19,733 nt of DNA, from the NCBI RefSeq assembly GCF_006345805.1, contig NW_021824193.1, forward strand, positions 1-19,733, read 5' to 3'. The DNA is from Octopus sinensis. Taxonomy: Eukaryota. Shown one piece after another: positions 1 to 11,179 of the stretch. The notes beneath the pieces were generated by a model that was not told the DNA's origin, ran no database searches, and was given only the letters and a program-made list of their open reading frames with translations. Position 1 is the stretch's first letter; every line of letters begins with the position of its first letter. The position numbers were made by a program, and so were the translations under genes.

Positions 1-240
1 AGAAGAAGAAAAGAAGAAGAAGAAGAAGAGAAGAAGAAGAAGAAGTGAAGAAAAAGGAAGAAGAAAAGAATTGAAGAGAAAGGAAGAGAATTGAAGAAGG
101 AGAATTGAAGAATGAAGAAGAAGAAGAAGAAGAAGAAGAAGAAGAGAAGAAGAGAAGAAGAAGAAGAAGAAGAAGAAAAACAACAACAACAACAACAGCG
201 ACAGCGACAACAACGGCTGGAACAGCATCAACAACAAGAG
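1..240. repeat. (GAA)n purine-rich microsatellite followed by (CAA/CAG)n
   Basis: Direct reading; explains the poly-K/E/Q ORF 112..312. Confidence 0.95.
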
Positions 241-495
241 AAGCAAGTTAGAAGGAAGGAAAAAAGAAACGTGAGAGAGATTTATCATTACTTATTCAAC
301 AAACATCACTAAAAACAACCATTTCTTTCATTTCGTCATCAATTTTCTTCTTCTTTTTTCATCGTTTTTATTAGTTTTTTTTTCTTTTTATTGCTTGTTT
401 TTTGTTTTATTTTCTTTGTTTCATTTCACTTCATTTCACTCCATTTCACTTTTATATCGCTTTATTTCGCTTAAATTCTAATGAATGGCTTTCTG

Positions 496-1030
496 CGTCG
501 TCGCTGCTGCTGCTGCTGTTGTTGTTGTTGTGTTTGTGTTGTGTTTGTGTGTATGTATATGTATGTGTATACATGTATGTGTATGAGTGTCTACACGTGT
601 GCATATGCGTGTATGAGTGTGAGCATAGATGTTGTGTGTGTGTATATGTGTATATATGCGCGGGTATGAATGTGTGTATATGCGTGTGCATAAATGTGTG
701 TATATATATATGTATACTTGTGTCTATATATGTGTGTATGTGTGTGTATCTGTATGTATATCTGTGTGCATATATGTATATAAATATGAGTATAAATATA
801 TGTGTATAAATATATGTGTGTATATGCGTATATCTGTATGTATATCTGTGTATAAATATGTGTGTATAAATATGTGTGTATATGTGTGTATATATCTGTA
901 TGTATACACCTGTGTATGAGTTTATGATTATCTGTGCGTGCATTAATGTGTGTGCGTGTGTGTCTATATATGTGTATATCTGTGTATGGGAGTCTGTGTG
1001 TATACATTATGTATATGTGTGTGTGTGTGT
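496..1030. repeat. Compound (GCT)(GTT) then degenerate GT/AT dinucleotide tract
   Basis: Direct reading; source of the spurious C/V/Y/I/H/T-rich ORFs. Confidence 0.95.
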
Positions 1031-1569
1031 TTTATTTCCATCTTAATATTCTACGTTCGCCACATTTTAGCAGAAGTTGTAGTTGATGACATTTTATTCC
1101 ATTTTATGAGAATTTCGGTAAATTTTGTTGTTTTTTTATTTGTTTTGTGATGTTATTTTTTGTGTGATAGAATCGTTAAGGGATTTTTTATGGGTAAAGC
1201 GGTATCATGTTGTTTTTCTTAGGGACCAAAATCCCTGTTAGCCTTAATACATGGAGATTATGTTAAAATAATCTATGGGGGTTAGTGATAGGGGGTATCA
1301 TCACACAGGGATGAGGAGACAGCAGAGAGACGGACACACGGACACACAGACACACAGGCAGACAGAGCGCGCACGATTAAGAGACGACAGTGATGAAAGG
1401 GGGAAAGTGTGAGAGTATTATGAAGAAAAAGAGATTAATGATACAGAAGCGGTGAGTTTTTTGATATTTAAGACACTATGTATACAGGGTATCGCCAAAA
1501 TCCACCCGCATTTCAAAGGTTGACAAAAGTTCCAAGAACTAACGCTCGACGCTCCGAGCCAAACTATAA

Positions 1570-1961
1570 TCTCTATATATATAAAGCTGAAGTTGTCTGT
1601 GTATGGCAGGTTTGGTAGCCTTCAACTAACACTATCTCCTCCGAGACCCTGCGGCGCAAGTTGACCAAAATTGACAGTATGATAGAAGAAGGTTAGCTCT
1701 CCTTTCCATAGAAGAAAAAATTCAAATCGGACCATGTTAACACCAAAAATTATTTACATCAAAAAGGTGCTATTTTTCTATGAAAATCCCTATTTTTTAC
1801 GGTTTTTTGACTGCTGTGTCGCCATTTTTTGGTGTATTTCAACCAGAAAAATGTTCACTTAAAGAGAATAACAAACTACATAATGCAGAATTTTTACTTT
1901 TCAAAAATTCTAATTCTAAAGGGTCGAAACAAGCCTGAGCAACGCCGGGCGATACTACTAG
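1570..1961 (+). mobile_element. Non-autonomous Helitron, copy 1
   Basis: A|TCTCTATATATATAAAG 5' end (TC at 1570); subterminal hairpin GCCTG-agcaacgc-CGGGC (1933-1950); CTAG at 1958-1961 followed by T; second copy at 5690-6061. Confidence 0.9.
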
Positions 1962-2079
1962 TAGTAAATAAATATAAAACGCTAAGACATATTAGCCACA
2001 TAGAGATACCATTGCTGTCTACCTAGGATCAAAGCAGGAAGGGATCAAAGGTCCTTCCTTCCGAAAAATTGGCCTTGTT

Positions 2080-2305
2080 AGCTGGTCTTCCGGATTCTGT
2101 TGCGTATATATTCCACCCACCCACTTCCTGGACGGGACGCTGGGCCGTCACAGGGTAACTCATTTTTTTCTTCTTTTTTTTACTAGCTGAGTGGACTGAA
2201 GCAACATGGAATGAAGTGTTTTGTTATAGAACACAACGCATTGTCCGGCCCAGGAATCGAAACAGCAATATCATGATCATGAAAGCAACACGCTCTCAAC
2301 ACCCA
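2080..2305 (-). mobile_element. Degenerate tRNA-derived SINE
   Basis: B-box-like GTTTCGATTCC on minus (2263-2253), CORE-like 'acacttcattccatgttgcttcagtccactcagct' segment and a 'ccctgtgacggcccagcgtcccgtccagg' segment typical of animal SINE bodies. Confidence 0.7.
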
Positions 2306-2641
2306 GAATGAATAAAGGCCTCCACTCCGCCTCCTTTTTTCGCTATCCACCTAACTTTACTAGTAAATATACATCAAGACAAAGAATGAAGCATTTTTCT
2401 GTTGCACCTTGTATAAAAGGGTAGGGAGATGATCACAAGAAGAAGGGAATTCTGAAAACAAGAGGAAGGTTGTCTTTCTTTGTATCATTCGACGTTAATT
2501 CTACAAGAATTTATTCTACAAGAATCGGTAGAAAAGAAGAAATAAGACAAGTCAAGTTCTCAGTAAATTCTTGCAGATCAAAACAAACGAAGAATTAATT
2601 GCTAAACACTTGTTTTCAGTGAACCGTCTTTAGATTTCGGA

Positions 2642-2642
2642 T

Positions 2643-2689
<47 letters not shown>

Positions 2690-2711
2690 GGTGGTGGTGG
2701 TGGTGGTGGTG

Positions 2712-2744
<33 letters not shown>

Positions 2745-2745
2745 A
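2642..2745. repeat. (GTA)n(GTG)n(GTA)n compound microsatellite
   Basis: Direct reading. Confidence 0.95.
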
Positions 2746-2795
2746 CAACTGGGTCCTTTTAAAACCAACAAAATACAATTCACTAAAATATACTG

Positions 2796-2908
2796 TAGCG
2801 TGGCTGTGTGGTGAAAAGTTTGCTTTCTACCCAGATTGTTCTGGGTTCAGTCCCATTTTCTGGCACATTAGGCAAGTGTCTTCTACTAGAGTCCCAGACT
2901 GACCAATA
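2796..2908 (+). mobile_element. 3'-truncated CORE-type tRNA SINE (octopus OR-like)
   Basis: Head 'gtggctgtgtggtgaaaag...gggttcagtccc' plus CORE-like 'ggcacattaggcaagtgtcttctact'; same family in reverse at 16387-16484. Confidence 0.8.
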
Positions 2909-2937
2909 ATACATATAAATATATATTGGTCAGCCTG

Positions 2938-2966
2938 TATATATATATAATAAATATCTTATTATC

Positions 2967-3028
<62 letters not shown>

Positions 3029-3030
3029 CT
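2938..3030. repeat. (TA)n tract
   Basis: Direct reading. Confidence 0.95.
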
Positions 3031-3344
3031 ATATTTATTTATTTTTTAAATATAATTAAGGAGAAAAGAAAACAAATTCAAAGGTCGATGCATATATTCA
3101 TTCAATCCATATTAACGAAATTCTTCATGGTATACAAACAATACGTACTTATACACGAACATTTATAAATATATAAAAATTCATAGACATATTAAAATTT
3201 ATAAACACGTAAAAATTCATAAAATATAAATACATAAATATATAAGTCCATAAATGTACTTGCAAAGTCTGAATGAAGAGAATGATAAAGCGGATGTAAA
3301 ATGATTCATAAAGAGTTTGGGACATGTATAAAATCTATGTATAA

Positions 3345-3375
3345 AGTCTTACGGCCGTTTCGAAATATATATTTA
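3345..3375 (-). ncRNA. 3' half of a minimal hammerhead motif (5' core missing)
   Basis: Minus strand reads aaatatatattt-C-GAAAC-GGCC-GTA-AGAC, i.e. palindromic stem III and a GUA triplet, but no CTGANGA upstream. Confidence 0.55.
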
Positions 3376-3462
3376 TTGTTTTACTCTTTATTCTTCTCTC
3401 TACTATTTAATTCCTTTATAAACTGTGATTCCCTGTCTAAAACTTTCATACTTACTCACGTT

Positions 3463-3538
3463 GTCTCTGACGATGGAATACCCAGTGTAGGGAGATGCTA
3501 ACCTATCACTTGGGATATCCCAGAAATGGCTGCAAGGC
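3463..3538 (+). ncRNA. Degenerate type I hammerhead with long stem II
   Basis: GTCT / CTGACGA (3467-3473) / imperfect hairpin TGGAATACCCAGTGTAGG...CCTATCACTTGGGATATCCCA / GAAA (3523-3526) / TGGCT / GCA / AGGC. Stem I pairs; the cleavage triplet has decayed from GUA to GCA. Confidence 0.65.
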
Positions 3539-4712
3539 ATCCAATAATTAATTAATTAACTAATTAATCAATTGATTAATTCAAATTGACTCTAATTAAA
3601 TATTCTAAATGGCTTCAGATACTCGTCCTGCCTTGGCTTTCCTTTTCCTTTTCCTTCTAATATATACCCGCTAACTCAGAAGCCTACTACAGATCCCTAG
3701 CTGCAGCCTCATGTGAACTTGGAACCTAACGGACGACCATAGCATGAGTGAGGGTGAATGCCGCCGCAAGTACAATTACAAGCAAGGACAGAAAAGTTCA
3801 GCAGAGGAGAATTAAACCCACCGGAAGGTGGCTGAATTGTTACATGAATTAAATGTGAGTATACACCGCTGTATATGGTTTCTGTGTGATGAAGTGGATA
3901 TTGTAAACAGTCTTTAAAGTTTCATATATTTTTAAGTCGCCGTGGAAAATATAAGCAAAATATTCGGAAGAAGAACGGTAGACTGTACGGAAAGTTCTAG
4001 AACTAGTATCTGAAACGTCTTTCAATTAGCTTAAATCATTAAAAAGCAAGAAGCTAAAAAGAAAACATTTCAAACTTAAACTTGGAGTCATCTGTTTTTA
4101 TTTATCCTGGATTATTTTGTTTGCAAATAATTATTTCTTTAATAAATTCTCACAGGCACGTAGAGTTAAGCTCTTTGGCCAGAGATGGAAAGCAAAGCAG
4201 GAAAGTTGAAAATTTGTTTCACAGATTAGATTTCATCGATAATTAGCTTTGATAATAATTAGCGTCGAATGAAGGCAGCTTTATCGTGACGTTTATACAA
4301 ACTGTGATGCTGTCGAGGATATTATATAGTCATATTTTCAAAAGGGATTTACATTTAAGCCACTGAAGAACAGAGGTTCTATTATGACAGGACAAAAAAA
4401 TTGGTAAAATAACAAACGAAGAAATATGGAAAGGAAATACTCTAAGAATGAATATTTACAGATCTCAGTTCTATATCGCGTATGTGTTAATATATGTAGC
4501 AGCATGACTTTATTTCTGAAAGTTGCATCCATGTTACGTCGCTCTTTAATTCAAGGACGGAATGGTAGGAGTGGGACAAAATCAGGAGAGAAAAATTAAA
4601 GACGAAAATCTATTGAACAAATGATTTATATTGTTTTATTACATTGAAATTATCGACGTCGACGCCAAGATTATAAATGTACTAAAGTTAATACAAAAGC
4701 AATAATGACTAT

Positions 4713-4740
4713 TATGATGATGATGACGAGAACGGCAACG

Positions 4741-4786
<46 letters not shown>

Positions 4787-4806
4787 TAATAATGACGATG
4801 ATGATG

Positions 4807-4877
<71 letters not shown>

Positions 4878-4878
4878 T
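4713..4878. repeat. (GAT)n/(AAT)n microsatellite
   Basis: Direct reading. Confidence 0.95.
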
Positions 4879-5689
4879 TAATTATGAAACTTCTATGCAA
4901 GATACAGTTTTTTTTTCTTATTTGCTTTGTGAGGTTTTAATTGTTTTATTTTTTTCATTTTTCGTTCCAGCATAAAAGATATTATCCATTGAAAGAGTAA
5001 TCCAAAACTATTACCAAGAGAGGAAATTGCCTCAATTCGAAAGCAGCAGCAATCAAGTTTAAAATTGTCTTACGTAACTTTTCTGTTCAGCCCTCACAGA
5101 ATATGGGAAAATTTGATTGATTCTATAATTCTGTTAAGTAATCATTTAATTAATAATTCACTTTGAAATATAATTAGCAGCGAGTTGGGGGTGGGGAAGC
5201 AAACCTAAATGAATGAGATACTTGTTGAAAGAAAGCTCAAACGAGAGATTGCGTTTGTAGAGATTGGTGAGAAGGGATCAGAGAAAATTGATTTTATCAA
5301 TCCCAGTTCAACCTTGTTCTTATCTCTTGTAACGTTGCGAAGTTTTTATTATAATTCTCTTTCTGAGCCTTCAAAGGAGAGCAGAACATAACTGGATTTA
5401 GCGCAGTTATTATATCTTTATCTCAGTTTGTTGGTTTAAATAAAGATGAGTTGAAAACAGTGCAGACGGGAGCGGTAAAAACCTTAAATTTCAATGTTAG
5501 ACTAATCCCTCAACATACTGCATCATTCGCTGGAATTGGTATCTCGACCGTCTCTTCATCCATCAGTTATAGTCGAAGAATATAAACAGAAATCCTGGCA
5601 ATTTTTTCCGTTATCTGAAATATATTTTGTGATAAAGCAGGAATACAAGCCTTGATTTGGTTTCCATGTACAATATGGCAAACGTCTTA

Positions 5690-6061
5690 TCTTTATATAT
5701 AAAGCTAAAGTTGTCTCTGTGTGTGTGTGGCAGGTTTGGTAGCCTTCAACTAACACTATCTCCTCCGAGACCCTGCGGCGCAAGTTGACCAAAATTGACA
5801 GTATGAAGAAAAAATTCAAATCGGACCATATTAAGACCAAAAATTGTTTACATCAAAAAGGTGTTTTTTTACTATGAAAATCCCTATTTTTTACGGTTTT
5901 TTGACTGCTGTGTCGCTATTTTTCGGTGTATTTCAACCAGAAAACTGTTCACTTAAAGAGAATAACAAGCTACATAATGCAAACTTTTTACTTTTCAAAA
6001 ATTCCAATTCTAAAGGGTCGAAAAGAAAATAAACCCGAGCAACGCCGGGCTATACTGCTAG
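5690..6061 (+). mobile_element. Non-autonomous Helitron, copy 2
   Basis: A|TCTTTATATATAAAG start; hairpin CCCG(6034-6037)...CGGG(6046-6049); CTAG 6058-6061 then T; colinear with copy 1 apart from a 30-bp indel. Confidence 0.9.
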
Positions 6062-6423
6062 TTTTATATAAAAGCTGTAAAATTAGCTTCTAAAATTTTT
6101 CATTAAGGACAAGTAATTTTCCCTTTCGAAAATTTTATAACATTTATTTCTTATCAGAACAAGAGTAAAATGACATATTGGGGCAACTTTTTTAAATGTT
6201 AATTAAACCAGTCTTAAAATGTAAGAACTAACGAAAAATAACTGTAGTATTTTACCTATTAGATTACGGATATGGCATTGGTTTCTATATTCGGTGTTCG
6301 ATCCGCTGAGCTGCCTATTTATAGTATTATGATGTCGTTGGCTGCGTATCCCATAGACACGTGTACCAATACTCTAATAACCTGTGCGTCTATGTGTATT
6401 GTGAGGTATGTACGAGAGATAGA

Positions 6424-6463
6424 TTCGAACACGGTTCGGTCTTATTAGTACCTCATCAGCGAA
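6424..6463 (-). ncRNA. Degenerate minimal type I hammerhead
   Basis: Minus: TTCG-CTGATGA-GGT-actaataag-ACC-GAAC-CGT-GTT-CGAA. Stems I and II pair perfectly; one A of GAAA is missing. Confidence 0.6.
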
Positions 6464-6895
6464 GAATATAGTCCACCACAATGAAATAGAAATTAATTAA
6501 ATATACACGAATGTACACTGGCTGTAATAGAAACTAGAATAATTTAAAGAGAGAGAATTCCTTGAAGGAAACCGTCGAGAGTAGGGAAGAGGGATGGAAT
6601 GCTTCAAATTACGAAACTCAAATACATTAATTTTTTCTAATCACAGTAATCTGCATATTTATCTATGTAGGATTAAATGAATGAGAGTTAAATCATTTAT
6701 CGGAGGCGATCAAATGTTTTCGTAATCCCAAAGAAAATTATTTGCTGCGCAGATAGAAAGACAAATTATATTAATTTAATCACTGATGTAATTTACATAA
6801 CAGATACTGTAAACTTCTCTAACACCTGGCATTTGATGTGTTTTTAATGTCGGTATGATTTCCACATGCAGAGACATACAGACATAAATACATGC

Positions 6896-6930
6896 ATATA
6901 CACACACACACATACTACATACATGTGTGT

Positions 6931-6971
<41 letters not shown>

Positions 6972-7135
6972 TGTTTGTAAACATACGTTTGTGTGCATGT
7001 AAATAAATTTATGTACACACACATATGTAAATAGTCAATACATTAATATATATATATATATATAGATATTATATATATAATATATATATATAATATATAT
7101 ATATATATATAGAATATATATTATAACATATATAT
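6896..7135. repeat. (CA)/(GT) and (TA)n tracts
   Basis: Direct reading. Confidence 0.9.
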
Positions 7136-7179
7136 AAATAAATCTCTGAGCGAGGTATAAACAGTAGCTGCACGACAAC

Positions 7180-7314
7180 GTGAAGTATATTTGCCACTTA
7201 AATGTGGCTAACCCTTAAGGGTGGATGCTACTGTAGCTTGTAGCCCCAGGGGCTACAAGCTACAGTAGCACCCACCCTTAAGGGTTAGACACATTTAAGT
7301 GGCAAATATACTTC

Positions 7315-7316
<2 letters not shown>
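7180..7316. repeat. 137-bp near-perfect palindrome
   Basis: 68-bp arms 7180-7247 and 7249-7316, 1-nt spacer (A7248), 2 mismatches by manual comparison. Confidence 0.97.
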
Positions 7317-7358
<42 letters not shown>

Positions 7359-7464
7359 ATTATATATATATATTATATATATATATATATATATTATACA
7401 TACATATATATATATATATATTATATATATATGTAATATATATATATATATATATATATATACC

Positions 7465-7496
<32 letters not shown>

Positions 7497-7570
7497 CAGA
7501 TATATATAGTATATATATATATATATATATCTATATATATATATATATTATATTATATATATATAATTTT
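7317..7570. repeat. Long degenerate (TA)n tract
   Basis: Direct reading. Confidence 0.95.
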
Positions 7571-7589
7571 ACAGATATATTTCTGTGAA

Positions 7590-7750
7590 CGCCAACAGGG
7601 TTGTGTGGTTAAGAACTTCATTTCGCAGTAACATGGTTTCGATCTCGCAACGTGGTAGTTATAACACGTGCTGTCTAACATAGCTTCTAGTAAACCCCCG
7701 CCCCCAAAACCGTTGTGAGCTATATTTCATAGATAGGAACTGTGGCGAAT
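7590..7750 (+). mobile_element. Old, degenerate CORE-type SINE
   Basis: 'gttgtgtggttaagaac...catggtttcgatc...gtgctgtctaacatagc' resembles 2796-2908. Confidence 0.5.
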
Positions 7751-8157
7751 CTTGGCAAGGGGACTGTTTCTGACACTTGAGGGTAAATTTAATCTGTCAC
7801 CATGTTTAACACCATAAGCCCCACCACTACGACTTTGGGTGACTTTAGTGGTTTGTATGCAGTAGGGGACTGGGTCTAAAAATATTGGTTGCCAGGAGAC
7901 GAAGGGGACCCACCCGCAACTACAATGCTATCATTTATTTTTATTTCTTTTATTTTTTTTATTAAAAGTATTCTTTTCAACTGTCTACAAACACAACCAG
8001 GCCGAAATAATTAGTGCATTCTTCCAGGAGTGAATTAAAAAATTCTCAAACTTGAGGGGATAGGCCCCTTAGATACTAACATGGGCTCCCATATATGGAT
8101 TCTAATGGCGCAGGGGCCCTCTTGCCATCGGGCATGCTGGCAACCTGGCCAATTTTG

Positions 8158-8162
8158 TATGT

Positions 8163-8198
<36 letters not shown>

Positions 8199-8270
8199 AC
8201 GTGCGTGCGTGTGTGTGTATGTGCGTGCGTGCGTCAGTCTGTTTGTGTGCGTGCGTGTGTGCATGTATGA
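8158..8270. repeat. (GT)n/(GCGT)n tract
   Basis: Direct reading. Confidence 0.9.
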
Positions 8271-8573
8271 GTTTATAGTTAAAAATAGAATTTAATTCTC
8301 TACGTGAAACAGACCTACACAGTTCTAAATATCGTGATATGTCTGTTTGCGTATAGGGATACTGCGATTGATATACATTCAATATTCCTTTTATAATTAC
8401 TCTCATAAATGCATATACATTTATACCTAATGATAAATACATCCATCCAATAGTTACTTCACTTTTATCCAAGCAATTCTATATATATACAAACTCTTAT
8501 GGAATTTCATTGTAGATATCAACATAATAATGATACTACTAATAATAATAATACAAAAAACAATACAGTTATA

Positions 8574-8952
8574 AATAAGAACACCCAGAGAGCGCAAGCT
8601 TCGGCCAAGGCAAGCCCCAACGTCCTCTCAGTGAATAGCCGGAGATGATTTTTAAAATGAGAATATCTGAAATATATTCGACTGCTCCCACAAACGAGAA
8701 TACTAAAAATGAACCCGACCGCTCTCAAAAATTAAGTATAAAAAAAAACACAGGAAAAAATAACCCAAAATCCTTGTTCGGTATCGGATTGATCCCAAAA
8801 TCTAATCAGTTCTTGTCAGACACGAGACCAAACATCCCTAAAAGTTTCATCCGAATTCATCCAGCGGTTCTTGAGATATCTGGTCCACGGACAGACAAAC
8901 AAACAAACACGACTGAAAACAATACTTCTGCCTTCACTAAGGCGGAGGTAAT
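8574..8952 (+). mobile_element. Helentron/HINE-like non-autonomous element
   Basis: Degenerate subterminal motif 'agcttcggccaagg' near the 5' end, internal (ACAA)n seed, and 3' hairpin TACTTCTGCCTT-cact-AAGGCGGAGGTA (8923-8950). Confidence 0.7.
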
Positions 8953-8964
8953 AAATAAGTGATT

Positions 8965-9420
8965 GATGTTCACTTAAATATCAGAGGTTTCTTCCAAATC
9001 CCAAAGACGAGCTTTTAAGTCTATGCTTACATTTTGGAACAATTTCAGAGTACTTGCTAATGCGGTTATCATTGTATAATATGGTGCATAGTCTCTCTTC
9101 CAAGCACAGATTACATGATTCTGAGTATGCATTGTATAGGTATGTGTTTAGAATTGTATAGAATTACAGTTTTTATTGAGGTGTTCCACCGGTATTTCTT
9201 GTTTTTAAAGGTGTGAATACCTGCTGGTTCTAACACACCTCTTATGTATACGTCGAAGAAGTCCTTCCTGCGGGTAGCATTGTAAATAGTCTTCGCAACT
9301 ATATCAAGTTTCAAGGTCAGGTGGTATCTCGTAGACATTCTGGGGTAGCTGCTGATGATGTGGGTGATATCTTGCACTGTGGCATAGCATAAATTACATT
9401 TCCTATAACAGAGTGGAGGT
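8965..9420 (-). pseudogene. RLE-type non-LTR retrotransposon C-terminal relic (R4/Dong/NeSL-like)
   Basis: ORF 9111..9731 contains CNLC..VQDITHIISSY (decayed CCHC knuckle), 'RYHLTLKLDIVAKTIYNA' (RHD region) and 'KYRWNTSIKT'; a 'KCKH' segment follows near 9045. Confidence 0.75.
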
Positions 9421-9440
9421 TTTGTAGTATCTTTGTCTTT

Positions 9441-9712
9441 CTGTCTGTCTGTCTGTCTGTCTGTATGTAAGTATGTATGTATGTATGTATGAATGAATGA
9501 ATGAATGAATGAATGTATGTATGTATGTATGATTGTGTGTATGTAAGTATGTATGTATGTATGCATGAATGAATGATTGAATGTATGTATATATGTATGT
9601 ATGTATGATTGTGTGTGTATGTATGTATGTATGTATGTATGTATGTATGTATGTATGTATGTATGTATGTATGTATGAATGTATGTATGTATGTGTGTGT
9701 GTATGTATGTAT
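9441..9712. repeat. (CTGT)(GTAT)(GAAT) tetranucleotide array
   Basis: Direct reading. Confidence 0.95.
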
Positions 9713-10529
9713 GGGGTTGCTTCTTACCCACTGTTTGACAACCGGTGGTGGTTTGTTTCCGTCTCTGTAACTTAGTGCTTCAACATTTATATCAGCTATT
9801 ATTAAATATATCTTTCATCGAAAAAAATTTTCTAAATTTACAATAAAGTTTAGGTGTCTGAAAATCCTTTCTATTTCCAGTCAATTTCAAACACCGCCAC
9901 AACCAAGATCGACTGAAATCATTATTCCTGTTCTTTAGAACCAATTCCTCATTGGTTCTCCATTGTTTCAGATTTTATTCAAATTTCAATATGTCGCCTT
10001 GTAATAATTTAATTTCAAGAAAATTTAATTATCAATAAGTTTTAAGATGTTCATAAAAAGAAAACTACCCATTCTTAGAAAGAGACAAATTCAATTATTC
10101 CAAGTCTAAGAAATCTTTTTTTGTTGTACAGATTCCAGACGTTTCATTTATTGGTAACTCACTTCTTTTCCACATTTTTCCCCTCTGTATCATTATTCTA
10201 TCTTCGCCAAGTTATTTCACGCTTTCAGACATTCTGTTGGATATTTTAACACAGCAACCAAGACTGAGACTTTCTACATCAAAGCCGATCAGTTCGAAAC
10301 TTTATCAATTGTTATTCAATAAACGAAATCTAATTTCGATCACTTTTTCAATCTCGGTTGTTCAGTGATTGTGGCCCTTTATTAAGGGAGAAGTGATTGA
10401 CCAGTAATTGACGGAGAGAACTTCCAGAAATATGAAATTTCCGAGACAAAGGAATATATTTTTAAATCTTTCTTTGGTTGTTGTTGTTGTTGTTGTTGTT
10501 GTTTCTGCTTATATTGGTTTTTTTATATC

Positions 10530-10925
10530 TGGGTCAATCCTGACTGAGCAGGTGTTCCAGCGGTGACTACCATGATTTTTTTTTCTTTTTCAGATAGAAT
10601 GTGCTCTAGACTTCCTTATCCAATGGCATATTCAACACAGCCGAGTGTGAGTTGCAAATCTGGCTGCTATTTCTAACAAGTCGATCGACCAGCTTGATAC
10701 TCCCATATGGAGTAAATGAGTACCAAAAAGTACAATATTTGAAGAACTGAGTACGGTGATAGTTTTCTGTCTCTTCGTCAGACCTGGCTCAGTAAATCTA
10801 TAATTGAAGGCGTTCCAATAATGACCATCAAATCTTTATATTAATGACTTCATAATTTTGTGTTCTTCCGTTTTTAAGATGGTGGGGGAGGTGATTTCTA
10901 AGAGATTTAGCTGTGATTTCTACCA
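10530..10925. mobile_element. Old interspersed-repeat fragments (SINE-like)
   Basis: Two internally similar blocks: 'atctggctgctatttctaacaag' (~10658-10680) and 'atttagctgtgatttctaccagg' (~10905-10927). Family not firmly assigned. Confidence 0.4.
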
Positions 10926-11014
10926 GGTGAAATGACCAGGCAGGGGTTGTTTTAACTTCTCAGATGGAGGAAGTTTTTCATGGCTGAGAAGTTTTGGTAG
11001 TTTATATTCACATA

Positions 11015-11016
<2 letters not shown>

Positions 11017-11049
<33 letters not shown>

Positions 11050-11100
11050 ACACATACACGCACACACACATACAACACAACACACACACACACAAACGTA
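11017..11100. repeat. (CA)n tract
   Basis: Direct reading. Confidence 0.95.
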
Positions 11101-11179
11101 TACACATCTATGTATGTACGTATGTTCGTAGATAGAGATTAGACTAGAAAGAAAGTCCTATTGCCTTTCGACACGATCA

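Noticed and set aside
112-1150. Long ORFs rich in K/E/Q or C/V/Y/I/H/T (also at 6776-7024, 8035-8472, 13548-13985, 16766-17568)
   Set aside because: They are translations of microsatellites that lack stop codons; no coding signal.
1483-1500. TA|CAGGGTATCGCCAAAA resembling a Tc1/mariner TIR start
   Set aside because: No matching inverted partner found in the window.
4960-5080. Polypyrimidine tract plus CAG and a downstream GTAAC suggesting an exon
   Set aside because: All three frames hit stop codons within 10 codons.
9352-9362. CTGATGA hammerhead-like core
   Set aside because: Lies antisense within the RLE LINE coding relic; no stem II or GAAA follows.
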